DNA of 64,000 nt, taken from positions 20,420,534 through 20,484,533 of the forward strand of contig CM120644.1 in assembly GCA_051362555.1 (NCBI GenBank), given 5' to 3'. This document shows, piece by piece, positions 12,571 through 24,562 of this stretch; position 1 is the stretch's first letter; every line of letters begins with the position of its first letter. This DNA is from Lingula anatina (taxonomy: Eukaryota > Animalia > Brachiopoda). The translations under genes were made by a program, and so were the position numbers. Under the pieces are notes generated by a model, which saw only the letters and a list, made by a program, of their open reading frames with translations, was not told where the DNA came from and made no database searches.

Positions 12571-12985
12571 TTTCCAGAGATTAGATCGATCTACTTTAGA
12601 TCGACCTAACTCACTGGGGGTTCACGCTAAATAGCTGTCAGCCGGGCGGACACGAAAGTTAATTACCCCCTTACAGCTTGTAGTAGGCGGGACGGACATT
12701 TAAGCCGGATTATCTGACAGTAATCTTGTGAGACTCCCCGCGGGGATAGATCGATCTAAAAGCTCTGGGAATACAGCCATAGATTTTAGATCGATCTATC
12801 CCTGTGGGGAGTCTCACTAGATTACTGTCAGCTTGACCGGCTTAAGCGTCTGTCCCGCCTAGTAAAAGCTGTAAGGGGGTAATTAACTATGGTGCCCGCT
12901 CGGCTGACTGCAATTTAGCGTGAACCCCCAGGGAGTTAGGTCGATCTAAAACTTAATCTTTAGATCGATCTAAATCTCTGGGAAA
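12571..12985. mobile_element. Inverted dimer of a palindromic MITE (family D) forming a ~415-bp imperfect palindrome
   Basis: 12571-12760 is approximately the reverse complement of 12783-12985. Repeated TTAGATCGATCTA ends and core GGGGGTAATTAAC; related to 35625-35798, 40937-41366 and 45120-45428. Confidence 0.8.
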
Positions 12986-13154
12986 GCACCCTAATTCAAC
13001 AAACTTGCACTAAATACACCTTTAAGTTATTTTTGTGGTAAATGTTAGTTTTGAAAAAATACTATACGTCCAAATGTGCACTACTGGAAGCTTGAAGAGA
13101 TGGTTTTCTTGGCTGATTAACCCCACATTATCGTGAGACGATGGCCGTAGGCTC

Positions 13155-13392
13155 CAGGGGCGGATCCAGGATTATTTGAAGGGGGGTCTGCGGATGCAAA
13201 AAAAGACCCACGCACACACACTTGGCGTGGGGTCTGGGGCCCGCTGAAGGGCCCCGGAAATTTTTGGTATTTTAGAGGGCGAACAGTGCCATTTACTGCG
13301 GTTTAGAACTATGATTCTAATTACAAGAGGGGACCAGAAATCGAAGGGGGGGGGGGCAGGACCCCCCTGACCCCCCTCTTGATCCGCCACTG
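13155..13392 (+). mobile_element. Same hAT-like MITE family; right member of a composite
   Basis: CAGGGGCGGATCCAGG...TGATCCGCCACTG, a diverged direct repeat of 11370-11619; right flank AGTTTA (13393-13398). Confidence 0.8.
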
Positions 13393-14071
13393 AGTTTAGA
13401 CAAAGGATACGCTACAGAAATAAATCCTGGACAGTGTGTTATTGTTTCCTGGAGAGAGACTTTGTATACTAGATGTGATAACAACGCTGAAAAATTCGCG
13501 AAGGCTTCACCGGGGACGTATTTACGACAAAATGGTTGCGATCACCAGGGAGATTATTACATCTTGCCGGCCCTCATCCATCAAAATTTAAAAAATCGAA
13601 ATTCACCCCTGTTCAAATCAACTTCTCCAAAGGTTTAAATCTACAAGACACTACTTGCGAAAACGACGCTCTAAAACTCCTAACAAGTTTTAATAAAAAA
13701 GATTTGGCCTTTCAATCGACCATCCCGTTAAAAAATCATGAGGAAGGACAGAAGTTTTTTTTTTTTTTTTTTTTTTTGGGGGGGGGGGGGGACCTGATGA
13801 AAGTTACGTTTGGGTTACTTAGACACCTTAGCTTTAATTCTCTGAATAATTGGAATATTAATTGTTTTTTAAAAGAAATTTTGGCTAATCAAATGTTAAA
13901 GAAATTTCAAGGGAATAGGGAGGCGAGATCTATAACGCCAGGAAAGAGACCAGAATCCACATCAATCATTGGGGACTCGGGAACTAAAGAAACTATAGAT
14001 AATTTACAATCACGCGGTCTGTCTTCCATAAAACCAGGCAACGTCCTGACCCGGGTATAAAAAGAGTTTTG

Positions 14072-17000
14072 ATTTTCATGTACAGACACAGATGTTTGCC
14101 CATATAGCCGTCACCTGCGCCTGTCGTCGCCGTGCACTTTCATTGGTAACACGATAAGTGAAAAACCGTTTTACCTTTACACTTACAGAGTTGATGAATA
14201 TTCATAAAACGCAGGTCGAGTTTAAAAATCAGCATGATCGGGCCAACTATTCCAAAGTAATACTGTTTTCTTTTGCTTTTTTCGGCATATCTGCAACACT
14301 GATAACACATTTCAAGGAAAACCGATAAGCCTATTGTCTTGCAACTCACAGGAGTGATCAATCTTACTAAAATAAAGGTCGAGTTCGAAAATCAGCTTGA
14401 TCGGACCATTTTTACAAAAGTGTTGCTGTTTTTTTCAGTATATTTTACCCACCATTATACAGATAACATGAAAACCGTGTCATATCTAAAACTTGTATTA
14501 CCGATTCATAGGGCTAATATAGCCTACAGATCAAGTTCGAAAAATAAGCTTGATAGCTTCAGTTTTGCTGAAGTTGTGCCTTCATTTGTATTTAAGTGAT
14601 TTTTCCTCATATTCAATTCTTAGGCATGTTAACAGTCTCAATATTGAACTAACTAGATATATGAAAGTGTTATTTAAACATTTTCTGCTTCCTAACAATA
14701 TTTTTAGCTGATTAGGTAAAAATGATGGTAAACCTGTAATAGTGTATTGTGTAATTAAATGTCAAAAATGGAAAGAAGTACAGGTATCATTACAGTTTGT
14801 CAGATTCAATCTTTCACTTTGTTCAGAATGTCAGAAAGGAGCAAATTAGACATTAAAATTCTATTGATATTTTCCCCATCTCAGCAGTTTTCTTAGTTGA
14901 TCATATAAAAATGAAAGTAAATGGGATATTTTATGTAAAAACATGTTGATAATGGAAATAAACTTAGTAAAGTTATCTCTTGTTTACATTTTGGTGTTTT
15001 CAAGATGTGACTTTTGAAGTTCCACAGGCCTGAAGACCTTCGCTTGTCACTTTTTATGTACAGACACAGATGTGTCTGCACATATAGCCATCACCTGCGT
15101 CTGTTGTTGTCACTGTTGTTGCCGTCGTTGCCGTGCACTTTCACCACCGATAACACGGTAAGTGAAAAACCATTTTACCTTTTGGCTTGAAACTTACAGA
15201 ACTGATGAATATTTATAATACGCAGGTCAAGTTCAAAAATCAGCATGATTGGGCCTTTTTAATGGAAGTTATGCTGTTTTTTCACTTTTTTCAGCATATA
15301 TGCAACACCGATAATGCGATAAATGAAAAACCATTTTACCTTTTGGCTTAAAACTTACAGAACTGATGAATATTTATAATACGCAGGTCAAGTTTGAAAA
15401 TCAGTATGAATGGGCCATTTTTATGGAAGTTATGCTGTTTTTTCACTTTTTTCAGCATATATGCAACACCGATAACATGATAAATGAAAAACCATTTTAC
15501 CTTTTGGCTTGAAACATAAAGAACTGATGAACATTCATAATATGCAGGTCAAGTTCGAAAATCAGGATGATCAGGTCATTTTTATGGATGTTATGCTGTT
15601 TTTTTCACTTTTTTCAGCATATATGCAACATTGATAATGCATTTTAAGGAAAACCGATCAGCCTTTTGTCTTGCAACTCACAGGAGTGATCAGTCTGACT
15701 AGTATACTGATCAAGTTTGAAAATAAACTTGATCAGTTAAGTTTTGATGAAGTTATGCCTTTTTTAGTATTAAGCGGTTTTTCTTCAGATTTAATTCTTA
15801 GGCATGTTAACAGTCTCATTATAGAACTAATTAGATATGTAAAAGTGTTGTTTTGACATTTTCTGCTTCTTAACAATATTGTTAGTTGATTATATAAAAA
15901 TGACAGTAAACTTGTTATTGTGTAATAAAGTGTCAAAAATGGAAATAAACTCATATCTTTACAGTTTGTCAGATTCAATCATTCACTATGTTAAAAATCT
16001 CCGAATGGAGAAAACTGGACATTTAAAATTGTTCTACTGATATTTTTCCTATGTCAACAATTTTCCTAGTTGATCATTTAAAAATGACAGTAAATTGATT
16101 ATTTTGTTTTATGTAAAAAAAGGTGTTGAAAATGGAAAGAAAATCGTTTCAGTACAGTTATCTCTCGTTTACATTTTGGCATTTTGAAAGTGTGACTCTG
16201 AACTTCCATGGCCTTGAAGACCTTCCCATATCACATTTTCTGAATATCCATGATACTTTTATTTTATTATCAAAAAACTGATGGTCATTATGCTGTTAAA
16301 CATTATGTAATATTGCATCAAAATTGAAGACAACCCCATTTTGGCACTGCCTCCATAGTGACCATTTAAAGAAAACCATGTCACTTACAGAAAAGTTGCA
16401 TAGGACTAAAATGTTGCTTCAGTTGGAAAACCTCTTTTATCAATTAACTTTTCTGGAAATTATATAGTTTTTTGTGAGAATTAAAATTTTCACATAACGA
16501 CATTTTTAAGATGTGACTTTGAACTTCTATTGGCTTGAAGACCTTTGCTAATCATATTTTCTGAATATCCATGATACTGTTACTTATTTATTATAAATTG
16601 ATGATCATTATGCTGTTAAGCATTATGTTATAAATGCATGAATGTTGAGGAAAACCCTATTTTGGACACTGCTGCCGGGATAGCGATTAAGGGTAAACCA
16701 TGTTACTTATGATACTCAAACTTACAGAAAAGTTTTATAGGTCTGAAGTGCAGCTTGTGTTGGAAAATCAGTGTGATTGCTTTCTGTTTTGGAAGCAATG
16801 CAGTTTTATAGAGTGCTATATGGTGCAATAAATGTACATGGATAGCGGTCAATATGTTATTGCCCCTTGGGTGATCACCAGCTAAATTCAGGGTTATAAA
16901 GTAATTTGCTTAATAAATTTTCAAGTGGCCATTATATGAAATTTCATAAAACACGTTGAGATTTCATTGTAAAGTCCCATAGGTTTAGCTCTCTTAACTG

Positions 17001-17600
17001 TGTCACATAATTAGGAATCAATGATAATTATGCAGGTAAATGTTGTTTAATATTGAAAATAAGTTTACAAACGAAAAATTTTGTGTAACACTTACATTAA
17101 TGCTAAAGATGAATAACAGTTCATTATTATTCTTGAATTCAATAGGGTTATCCATATCATGTTTATAGTTATACAGCTAGATTAAAAGTTTGAATAGCAG
17201 CTTTATTGGAATATTTTATGTTTTATTTTACTTTTTTAAATTTATTTTTCAAACACTAGCATCTTTAAGATGTCACTTTTAACTCCCATCCACCAGAAGT
17301 GCTGTGCATTTTCTGTATTTCCACATTAGCAGTTGTGTTGGTTTTTGTCTTTAAACATTGTGTAATATTATTTTATGCACTGTCATCATTTTTCACATAT
17401 TTGGATTTTCATTATGTGAATTTGAACTCTCACATATGGTCCTGAAACTATAATCCTATTGACCATGTTATTCAGTTGTACATTTTTGTGAAATTTTCAT
17501 CTTTCACATATTGGCATTTTCATTGTGGGACTTAGAACGCCCCAGGGCACGTAACAGTTCACTTTTATTGATACTACCTGTTGTGCAATATTTGCAACTC
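14072..17600 (+). mobile_element. Helentron/HINE-type family B: two 5' ends (14072, 15051) with internal tandem units
   Basis: 5' end TTTTTATGTACAGACACAGATGTGTCTG(T/C)ACATATAGCC followed by a GTCGCC microrepeat and ~160-bp units (CTTACAGAACTGATGAATATT). Long reverse-complement homology to 50230-54093. 3' terminus not seen; right boundary approximate. Confidence 0.75.
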
Positions 17601-17614
17601 GACTTTGCATTTAA

Positions 17615-17850
17615 AGGGATAATAACTGTTCGTTTTGGCAAAATTATTCTAGAATTTGTGCTTGTCATCAGATAAAGTGGACCTTCATAGATGGCTATTC
17701 CTTCATAAAATAAAAAAAAAACCTTTTTAGGAAAAAAAATACAAGGACTAACATTGAATGTCGGAATGGATTCATTAACCATTGATAAGTGGGAGAAAAC
17801 CGTTGTTTTTCTATGTACCCCAAGTCCAAAAACAAACAGTTGTTATCCCT
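17615..17850 (+). mobile_element. Kolobok-like TTAA MITE, shorter copy
   Basis: TTAA at 17611-17614 and 17851-17854, TIR AGGGATAATAACTGTT / AACAGTTGTTATCCCT; lacks the central palindrome. Confidence 0.8.
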
Positions 17851-18739
17851 TTAAGATTGTCTTTTAGTTCTCCACGGGTCAACTTATGTCACTTTCCAGG
17901 TCATCTACTATTTTATGGATAATTTGACAGTAAGGAGTGCCGTAATTAGATGTCTAATTAAAATACTACACTAAATTCTAATCTCAACATAAAAAAGAAC
18001 TCAGATTCATGTTCAGATAACATCCACAAAACCTAATCTTTAAAAAACATCAAGTACATATCAGATGCAAAACTTGCTTTATTACACTTATTACATAAAT
18101 GAGTCGCATCTTTTCTCACATAATCATCAATATGAAAAAAGTAATTTTAAATATGTTAAAAAGAGTATTCTACAAAAATTATGAACAGCTAATATTAATC
18201 TACTGTATACTAAAGCACCACCAAAATTATGCAATAATATAAAGCTACTTTAATTTCAAATCAGGACCCAAAATACAGGTGTTTCATATATAAAGCATTT
18301 TGTGTAAAAGTACACTTAAAAACAAGCAACAAAAAACCTTTAGTTGATTACAAGTTAAGCTGTGCATGCTGTCATAGTAGGACCACAGGAGACACTGTCA
18401 AGATATCGAGGCTTCAATCTCAAGAATTATCATACAGATAGATGGAGTTGTGTTACAGCAACCCCGTTCTCTGACCAGTTATCTGTATAATCATATCTTT
18501 TTTGTTAATTATATGTTACTCACTGGCATAATGTCACATGTAACATTCATTATTATCTATGCTTATGCAGGAATTAATGGTTTTATCTTATGTTGAGCAC
18601 CAATCATTTTCTGAAGTTCCTCACTTGGCTTCTTACTGCAACAGGTAACAGAAATCAACACTAAGTACTTGTTTTCCACATATGCATCATAGCACACCAA
18701 CTGCCAGTGTAAACAGAGCTGCATAACCTCCCCCTTGTG

Positions 18740-21651
18740 CTACTTAAAATCGAGAAGAGAATCTTTGGGCCTTTCAGACCAAATGTACTCACTCCTCCCC
18801 ATTCTTTTTGTATTCAGCTTTGCCAGTACACAAGCATTGGAGTTGGCATACCGTACAAACTTTGCAAACCTAGTCCACTGCCTGGAGGAGCACTGGTTTG
18901 TGGATGCATGAAGCACATGCATGTCTTTGCGATCAACCTCTTGCCTAGCTCTGCTGTGGCGATTCCATAATGTTTGCAGCCCACCTAGCATGTACAACTT
19001 CCCATCAAACACAACTAATAGTGGTGACCGTCTGTCGTCTGGGAGCTCAGGTCCAAAGCGCCATCTATTTTCAACAGGATCATAAACTTCCACAGAGGAT
19101 AATGTTGAATCCCGTTCCTGTGCCCTCCCCCCTGCTATGTATATTCGTCTCTCATATACTGCAGCTGCAAACTCAGCACGTGGGACTTTGGGTTGTGGGA
19201 CAACAGTTGTCCAGGAGTCCATGACAGGATCATAGCTTAGAAACACATTAGTCACTCGACTACTGGCATCCAATCCTCCTATGACATAGATCACTTCCTG
19301 ACAAACAACTGCAGCATGGTGGTACAGTGCAAACGGCATAGGTGAGACCATAGTCCAGTGGTCAGCCTCTATTTCATAACTCTCCACACTAGAGAGCGGA
19401 TCAGCATCAAGATAAGCAGGTTTTCCACCTATGGCATAGATCTTGCCCTGGTGTACTACTGCAGCGAATGCACACCTTGGTTCTCTCATGGACTGCTTGT
19501 CTATCCACTGCATCTTCCTGGCATTGTACAGTTTCACTGAGTTCAAAGCTGGCCCTGTGTATTTGTGATCTGGGAAGAAAATTCCCCCTAGACAAAAAAT
19601 CTGATTCTGTGATGTCACTACTGCCTCATGATAGTCAAGGCGATAGCGAAAGTCAAAGCTGACATTGGGAGGAATTGCACAGTAATTCTCCTTGGTGACT
19701 GGATCAAAGCAGCACACTGAGCGTGTCTCCTCTTTCTGACTGCCTGCAACAAACACAATAAGTTCAGCATTGTACATTCCCACACGGGGCACCATAGTGC
19801 ACTCCTCAATGTGGTCTCCAGCAGTCTGGTCTCTCTCCCCAGTGTTAGTGACAACAGCAAGATAACACAGCACATCAGGATCACTGGTCACAGCCTTCAC
19901 AGATGGCAGCACTGTCTGCTGTATCACCTCACCTGACATAAATGGAAATCGCAAGCATTTCAGAAGATGCAGCAAGTGCTGACCTCTATTGACAACATCC
20001 CAGCTAACCCACTGAAGAAGGGCATTGAAAGCAAGCTCCTCTTTTTCAATATTTAGCTCATCGCTACTTAGCAAATCTTCCATAAAGTCTACAGGAAGTT
20101 GTGCAAAAGCCTCATTCTTGCTGAGCTCCAGTTCACTGAAGTTGTCCAGGATGTAGGCCCTGGAGGCGTCCTTCAGCAGCAGGCTGTCATGGAGATGACC
20201 CAGAAGGTACAACTCAATACAGTTACTGTGGCCTATGTGGTTGTGCATGTATCTTATACACACTTCACCTGAAAGGTAAGAAATTTAAACAATTACATAA
20301 CACCTGACTGTCACGACATTTAAAGTGAATCAGTTAACGACAAACAATACTCATTAATGCCAGTTTAGGAAAGAGGTACATGTTAATTCATAGCATAAGA
20401 TTACTGATTATTGCATAATCTTATTCATAGCATAAGATTATTACACTTATCAATGGGATATCTACTGTACCCCCTCACCACCCCCGTTTAGTACATGTAC
20501 ATGTATATTTGGCACAGTTGTAGTGAATTTAAAATTTTTCCAAAAAATGCAACAGCACATTGAACAACTATGTGTCTGGTACTATCAACTCATAGTTAAC
20601 TAATCAGAAACTAGAGGATCAGAGTGACAGTACTGCCTCCTGCTGGATTAGGAACAGAAAAGGGATAATAAAACACAGGAAATAATTTTAAAAAGGTTTA
20701 TAGAGTTTTCAGTTTATGTACTTAATAGCTGACACACCCATGTGTCTATTGACCAGTACCTCAGGCAGCATATTCAGGTACAGACTCAACAAGTTTACGA
20801 AATAACTACATGTGTATCAACTGGAAAAACAGGGCAATATATATTCAAAAGTATTGAAATGTGAAAATCATCCATCTACTCACACAGGTGTGTCATAGCC
20901 AGCATGTTAGCTGTGGCAAACAAGTCCTGGATGTTCTCAGGACACAGCTCTATATTTGCCGTGTAGATGAAGTTGATGATGTTCCCCATGGCCTCAGCTG
21001 TCACTCCATGGATGCTGACAGAGGACTGGGTTTTTTCCACTGTCTCTCCTGTGAACATGGCCCTGCACAGACAGACAAAGTACACAACATGAACTGGAAT
21101 AATTGTTTGTATTCAAAGCTGCCACTTAATAATAACAAGATACCAGCAGCAGGGTATCAGTCAGACAACCTCCCAGTTGTCTTCAAAACTACCTAACTAC
21201 TGCTATTTAGGTTTGGATGGTTATTATTTAAATCCCCTTTTATTAGTGGAAGAAATAGAGTTTAGGTTGCCTGTCTCAGTAATATGCAGTGTTGAAGTTC
21301 GACACCCTATTTCAAAATCTTTTTTAAACTTCTGGTAACTATCAACATTATTCAAGTAGAAAATTCTGGTTCTCAACCTTTACTACACCCTATATAGCAG
21401 TCTTCATAGTAAATCTAATTATAATGGAAGTTAAACTGATCCGAGAAATCAGGTCTTACTGTGCTTAAGACTCACCTGAAATACTGGCTGCTTGCAGCTA
21501 ACACACTCCTGTGGCAAGGGAACTTCTTATCTTCAACAACAAGAGTAACATCTGTGAGCTGCTTGCTCTCCTGCAGCTCCTGCAGTCCAATCACCAGCAG
21601 TGTGTGCTGGGAGGGAAAGCTGTATGTGTTTGGAGACAGTTGGTCACTCAT
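18740..21651 (-). CDS. Kelch-like BTB-BACK-Kelch protein (KLHL40/KLHL41-like CUL3 adaptor), 627 aa
   Basis: Exons 21651-21476, 21062-20884 and 20268-18740 total 1884 nt, GT-AG, frame intact. BTB: [58 protein letters not shown]. Kelch repeats: KIYAIGG, VIYVIGG, RIYIAGG, KLYMLGG. PRVGMY and VVTSQNQIFCLGG resemble KLHL40/41; the subfamily assignment is from memory. A 5' UTR acceptor lies at 21785. Confidence 0.93.
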
Positions 21652-22429
21652 TATAAACTGTATGTGATCTCATCCGATAGAAATATCAGTTTAGAAAGTG
21701 AAATCTAGATCAATATTCTGGCAAGATCAAGGCAGCCTTTACGTCAGAAATTCTTGCAAACTCACTGCATTTTGAGTTGAAGACCTGAAACAAGAAATAA
21801 TGCTGTGATTTGTGTCCTGTAGGAGCTACATCAATTGAATTGCACATTCTGATGAGATCTTTACAACAGAAATCATCTTTAATTTAATAACTTCATAACT
21901 AATTTTATGCAAAATCTAATGATCACCCCCCCCCCCACTTTTTTTAAACAGTAACTGATCAGTTTTGTAAAAAAAAAAAAAAAAAAAAATCTGTAAATGA
22001 ATACAAAATGTCCAACTTGGGCCTCACAACAATAGAACTTAATTATTGTTGTGATTAAATAGGCATAAAAACTGTACTGATATCTGTTTATGTGCGTCTG
22101 TGAAAATGTCTTGGAAAGATCTTGCACAAAATTACCTACTATTTTTTCATCATAAATTTCTGCTTTTAGTCTTTACATTTGATAGCTTTGCTTCCTTTTA
22201 GCACCACTTAATAAGATCACGTCTCAAAACGTCCTGATCAAATGCAAACACCACTACTGATGCAAGATATCTACGTAGCAGTAGCAGATATTTTCCTTGT
22301 CGTCATAATTCAGGCTTATAACACAATTGGTGAGTACTACAGTACATGTATTGTAGTATAAATTTCAAAGATTTTGCAAGCTCTTAACTGCCTAATATTT
22401 TCCCCATAAAATATTCTAAGGAAGTTTCA

Positions 22430-22800
22430 CTTACTCCCTGTACACGACAACACTTATCAAAACATACAGAGACCTCTAATTATATGCATCATATATCTTA
22501 CATACTGCACCTGCCCTAAAAGGGAAATTCACTTCTGCAGTGTTTACTCCATTAGCTGGGACGCATCGCTTGAGCCAAAAAAAAGTTAACAAGGGCACGA
22601 TTATAGGCATTGTCATGACACAAATATTTCAAAGAATTTTCATGAAAATATGGAATTTTACTTTTGAGTGTTTCTGACACAATATTATCCCTCAATTTGA
22701 CAAAATTATTTTTAATGTTTTAAGCACCCATTTTTGAAATCGAGGCTAGAAGCGTAAACCAAAACAACCGAGTACGAAGGAAACGACGACAGTAAGTGGG
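22430..22800. promoter_or_regulatory. Probable head-to-head promoter region of the kelch gene and SNAPC1
   Basis: Both ATG-containing exons begin with splice acceptors (21785 minus, 24519 plus). Diverging consensus donors lie here: minus GGA|GTAAGT at ~22433 and plus ACA|GTAAGT at 22792. Local CpG enrichment. Confidence 0.45.
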
Positions 22801-23180
22801 ATTCGTGTAGGATTGCTCAGGTTTATTTTCCCCAACAGTGTATTTAACTAGGTTTACGGCAGCTGTCTTTGATTTCATAATCGATAAACTTTTAATCAGT
22901 TGATTTTGAACATTGACTATGTGAAATGTGATTATATCAGGGGTACATCCCGTACATGATGATGTGACAGTGAAATACTGAGACTCAGTAGGGCCCCAAA
23001 ATTACTTTTTTGAAAACTTCAGAAAAGCTAACTGCTGATTGGTTTTTCTTAAAATGTAAAAGAAATATTAGACACTGCCCATATCTTGCAGAAAATTAGC
23101 TTACCAATCTTTTATCCGCTCTGCACTTACGTAGACTCATTAGTCCAGGATCCTTGGGATAAAAGGTAGGCACAATTTTT

Positions 23181-23750
23181 GGTACTTTTGTAGTATACCC
23201 CCCCACCCTGTAACTTCCTGAAACTTTCATTTTTCAAACATTTTTTTACTTTGTCTTTTTCACCTATGTCAAAGCTGTTGAAATAAAATGTTTTTGTAAT
23301 TACCTGTGGTCTTTTTATTAGTTTTAATCACGTTTAATCCACCCCCTTGAAATACAATGTGAAAATTTACAATGTACCTGCAGTCAATAACTTGCCGCGT
23401 TTTCGTTGGCTAACTCTACCTTATTTTATGTGAACATAGGATTGATACATTGTATACTTGGACTTCCTCTGTGAAATTATTATGAGCTACTTGTTCACAT
23501 AAAATTACCCTAGAGTTAGCCAACGAAAACGCGGCAAGTTATTGACTGCGGGTGTAAATTGAAGATTCTAACATTGTATTTCAATGGGCTGGATTAAACG
23601 TGATTAAAACTAATAAAAAGTCCACAGGTAATTACAAAAGCATTTTATTTCAACAGCTTTGACATAGATGAACAAAAAAATGTAAAAAACTGTTTGAAAA
23701 GTGAAAGTTACAGAGAGTTACAGGGTGGGGGGGTATACTACAAAAGTACC
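23181..23750. mobile_element. Foldback MITE with ~255-bp TIRs and 8-bp TSD (Merlin-like)
   Basis: Termini GGTACTTTTGTAGTATACCCCC / GGGGGTATACTACAAAAGTACC; CAATTTTT duplicated at 23173-23180 and 23751-23758. A GGNRM terminus with an 8-bp TSD fits Merlin. Confidence 0.85.
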
Positions 23751-23930
23751 CAATTTTTAAGGTCCAAGTACAGGCAGCATGTTTCATATTGGGTGACTTT
23801 CCAGCTAGAAAACCTTTAAATGTCTCAGAAATGTTATAGAAACTCTCCATGCATTTGGAAATTCCCACAGTCAAATTTAAATACAATTTGTTGAAAACTC
23901 CAACTGTGCCACAAATAGTAGGTGTTTCCA

Positions 23931-24383
23931 GGGTCGGGCTAAATTGCCCAATGGCAATACACTTGAAAAAATGAGTCCAGTCACAAGTAAAAGGGGGAAA
24001 CTGTCATTCCAAACAAAATAGGCTGATATGAGAGCGAAATATATTACTAAATAATTAATAGCCTTGATAAAACTTAACAAATTTGCACATTTTCTTTATC
24101 GTCGGGTCAGCTGCCATGTTGGTTAGTGGCTCTTCTTGGCCGGTAATATTGTCAAGAAGAGCCACAAGCCAACATGGCTGCCGACCCGACGATATTAGAA
24201 GTAGCACCAATGTGTTAGCTATATCAATGACATCAATAATCTAGTCAAATATTTTGCTTTTTTATCACCTTATTTTGTTGAGAATTACCGTTTTCTGTGT
24301 TTACTTGTGACTGGACTTGTTATTTTAAGTGTATTGTGCTGTGTTGCGCTGTATTGCGGCGTATTGCGCAATTTAGCCAGACC
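23931..24383. mobile_element. Palindromic MITE with 9-10-bp TSD (MULE-like)
   Basis: GGTGTTTCCA at 23921-23930 and 24384-24393; TIR GGTCGGGCTAAATTGC / GCAATTTAGCCAGACC; degenerate long arms; central hairpin 24097-24194. Confidence 0.75.
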
Positions 24384-24562
24384 GGTGTTTCCATGCTCTA
24401 CATGGCATTAAACAGAAATTTAAAGGAACTCCTGTTTTGCCTAAAACTGTTTTAGACATAAGATTGTAACATTCTCTTAATACAGTGAGCTAGTAGAAGT
24501 AACATTGTCTTTTTTACAGGTGGCAGTTGGTCCCAGTACAAGCCAGGGTAAAAAGCTCCAAG

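Noticed and set aside
13536-14060. 174-aa ORF
   Set aside because: Non-ATG start, runs through poly-T/poly-G tracts, no recognisable domain.
20610-20650. Additional HINE copies (also 37327-37369)
   Set aside because: Only isolated 3'-terminus-like remnants with no matching 5' end.
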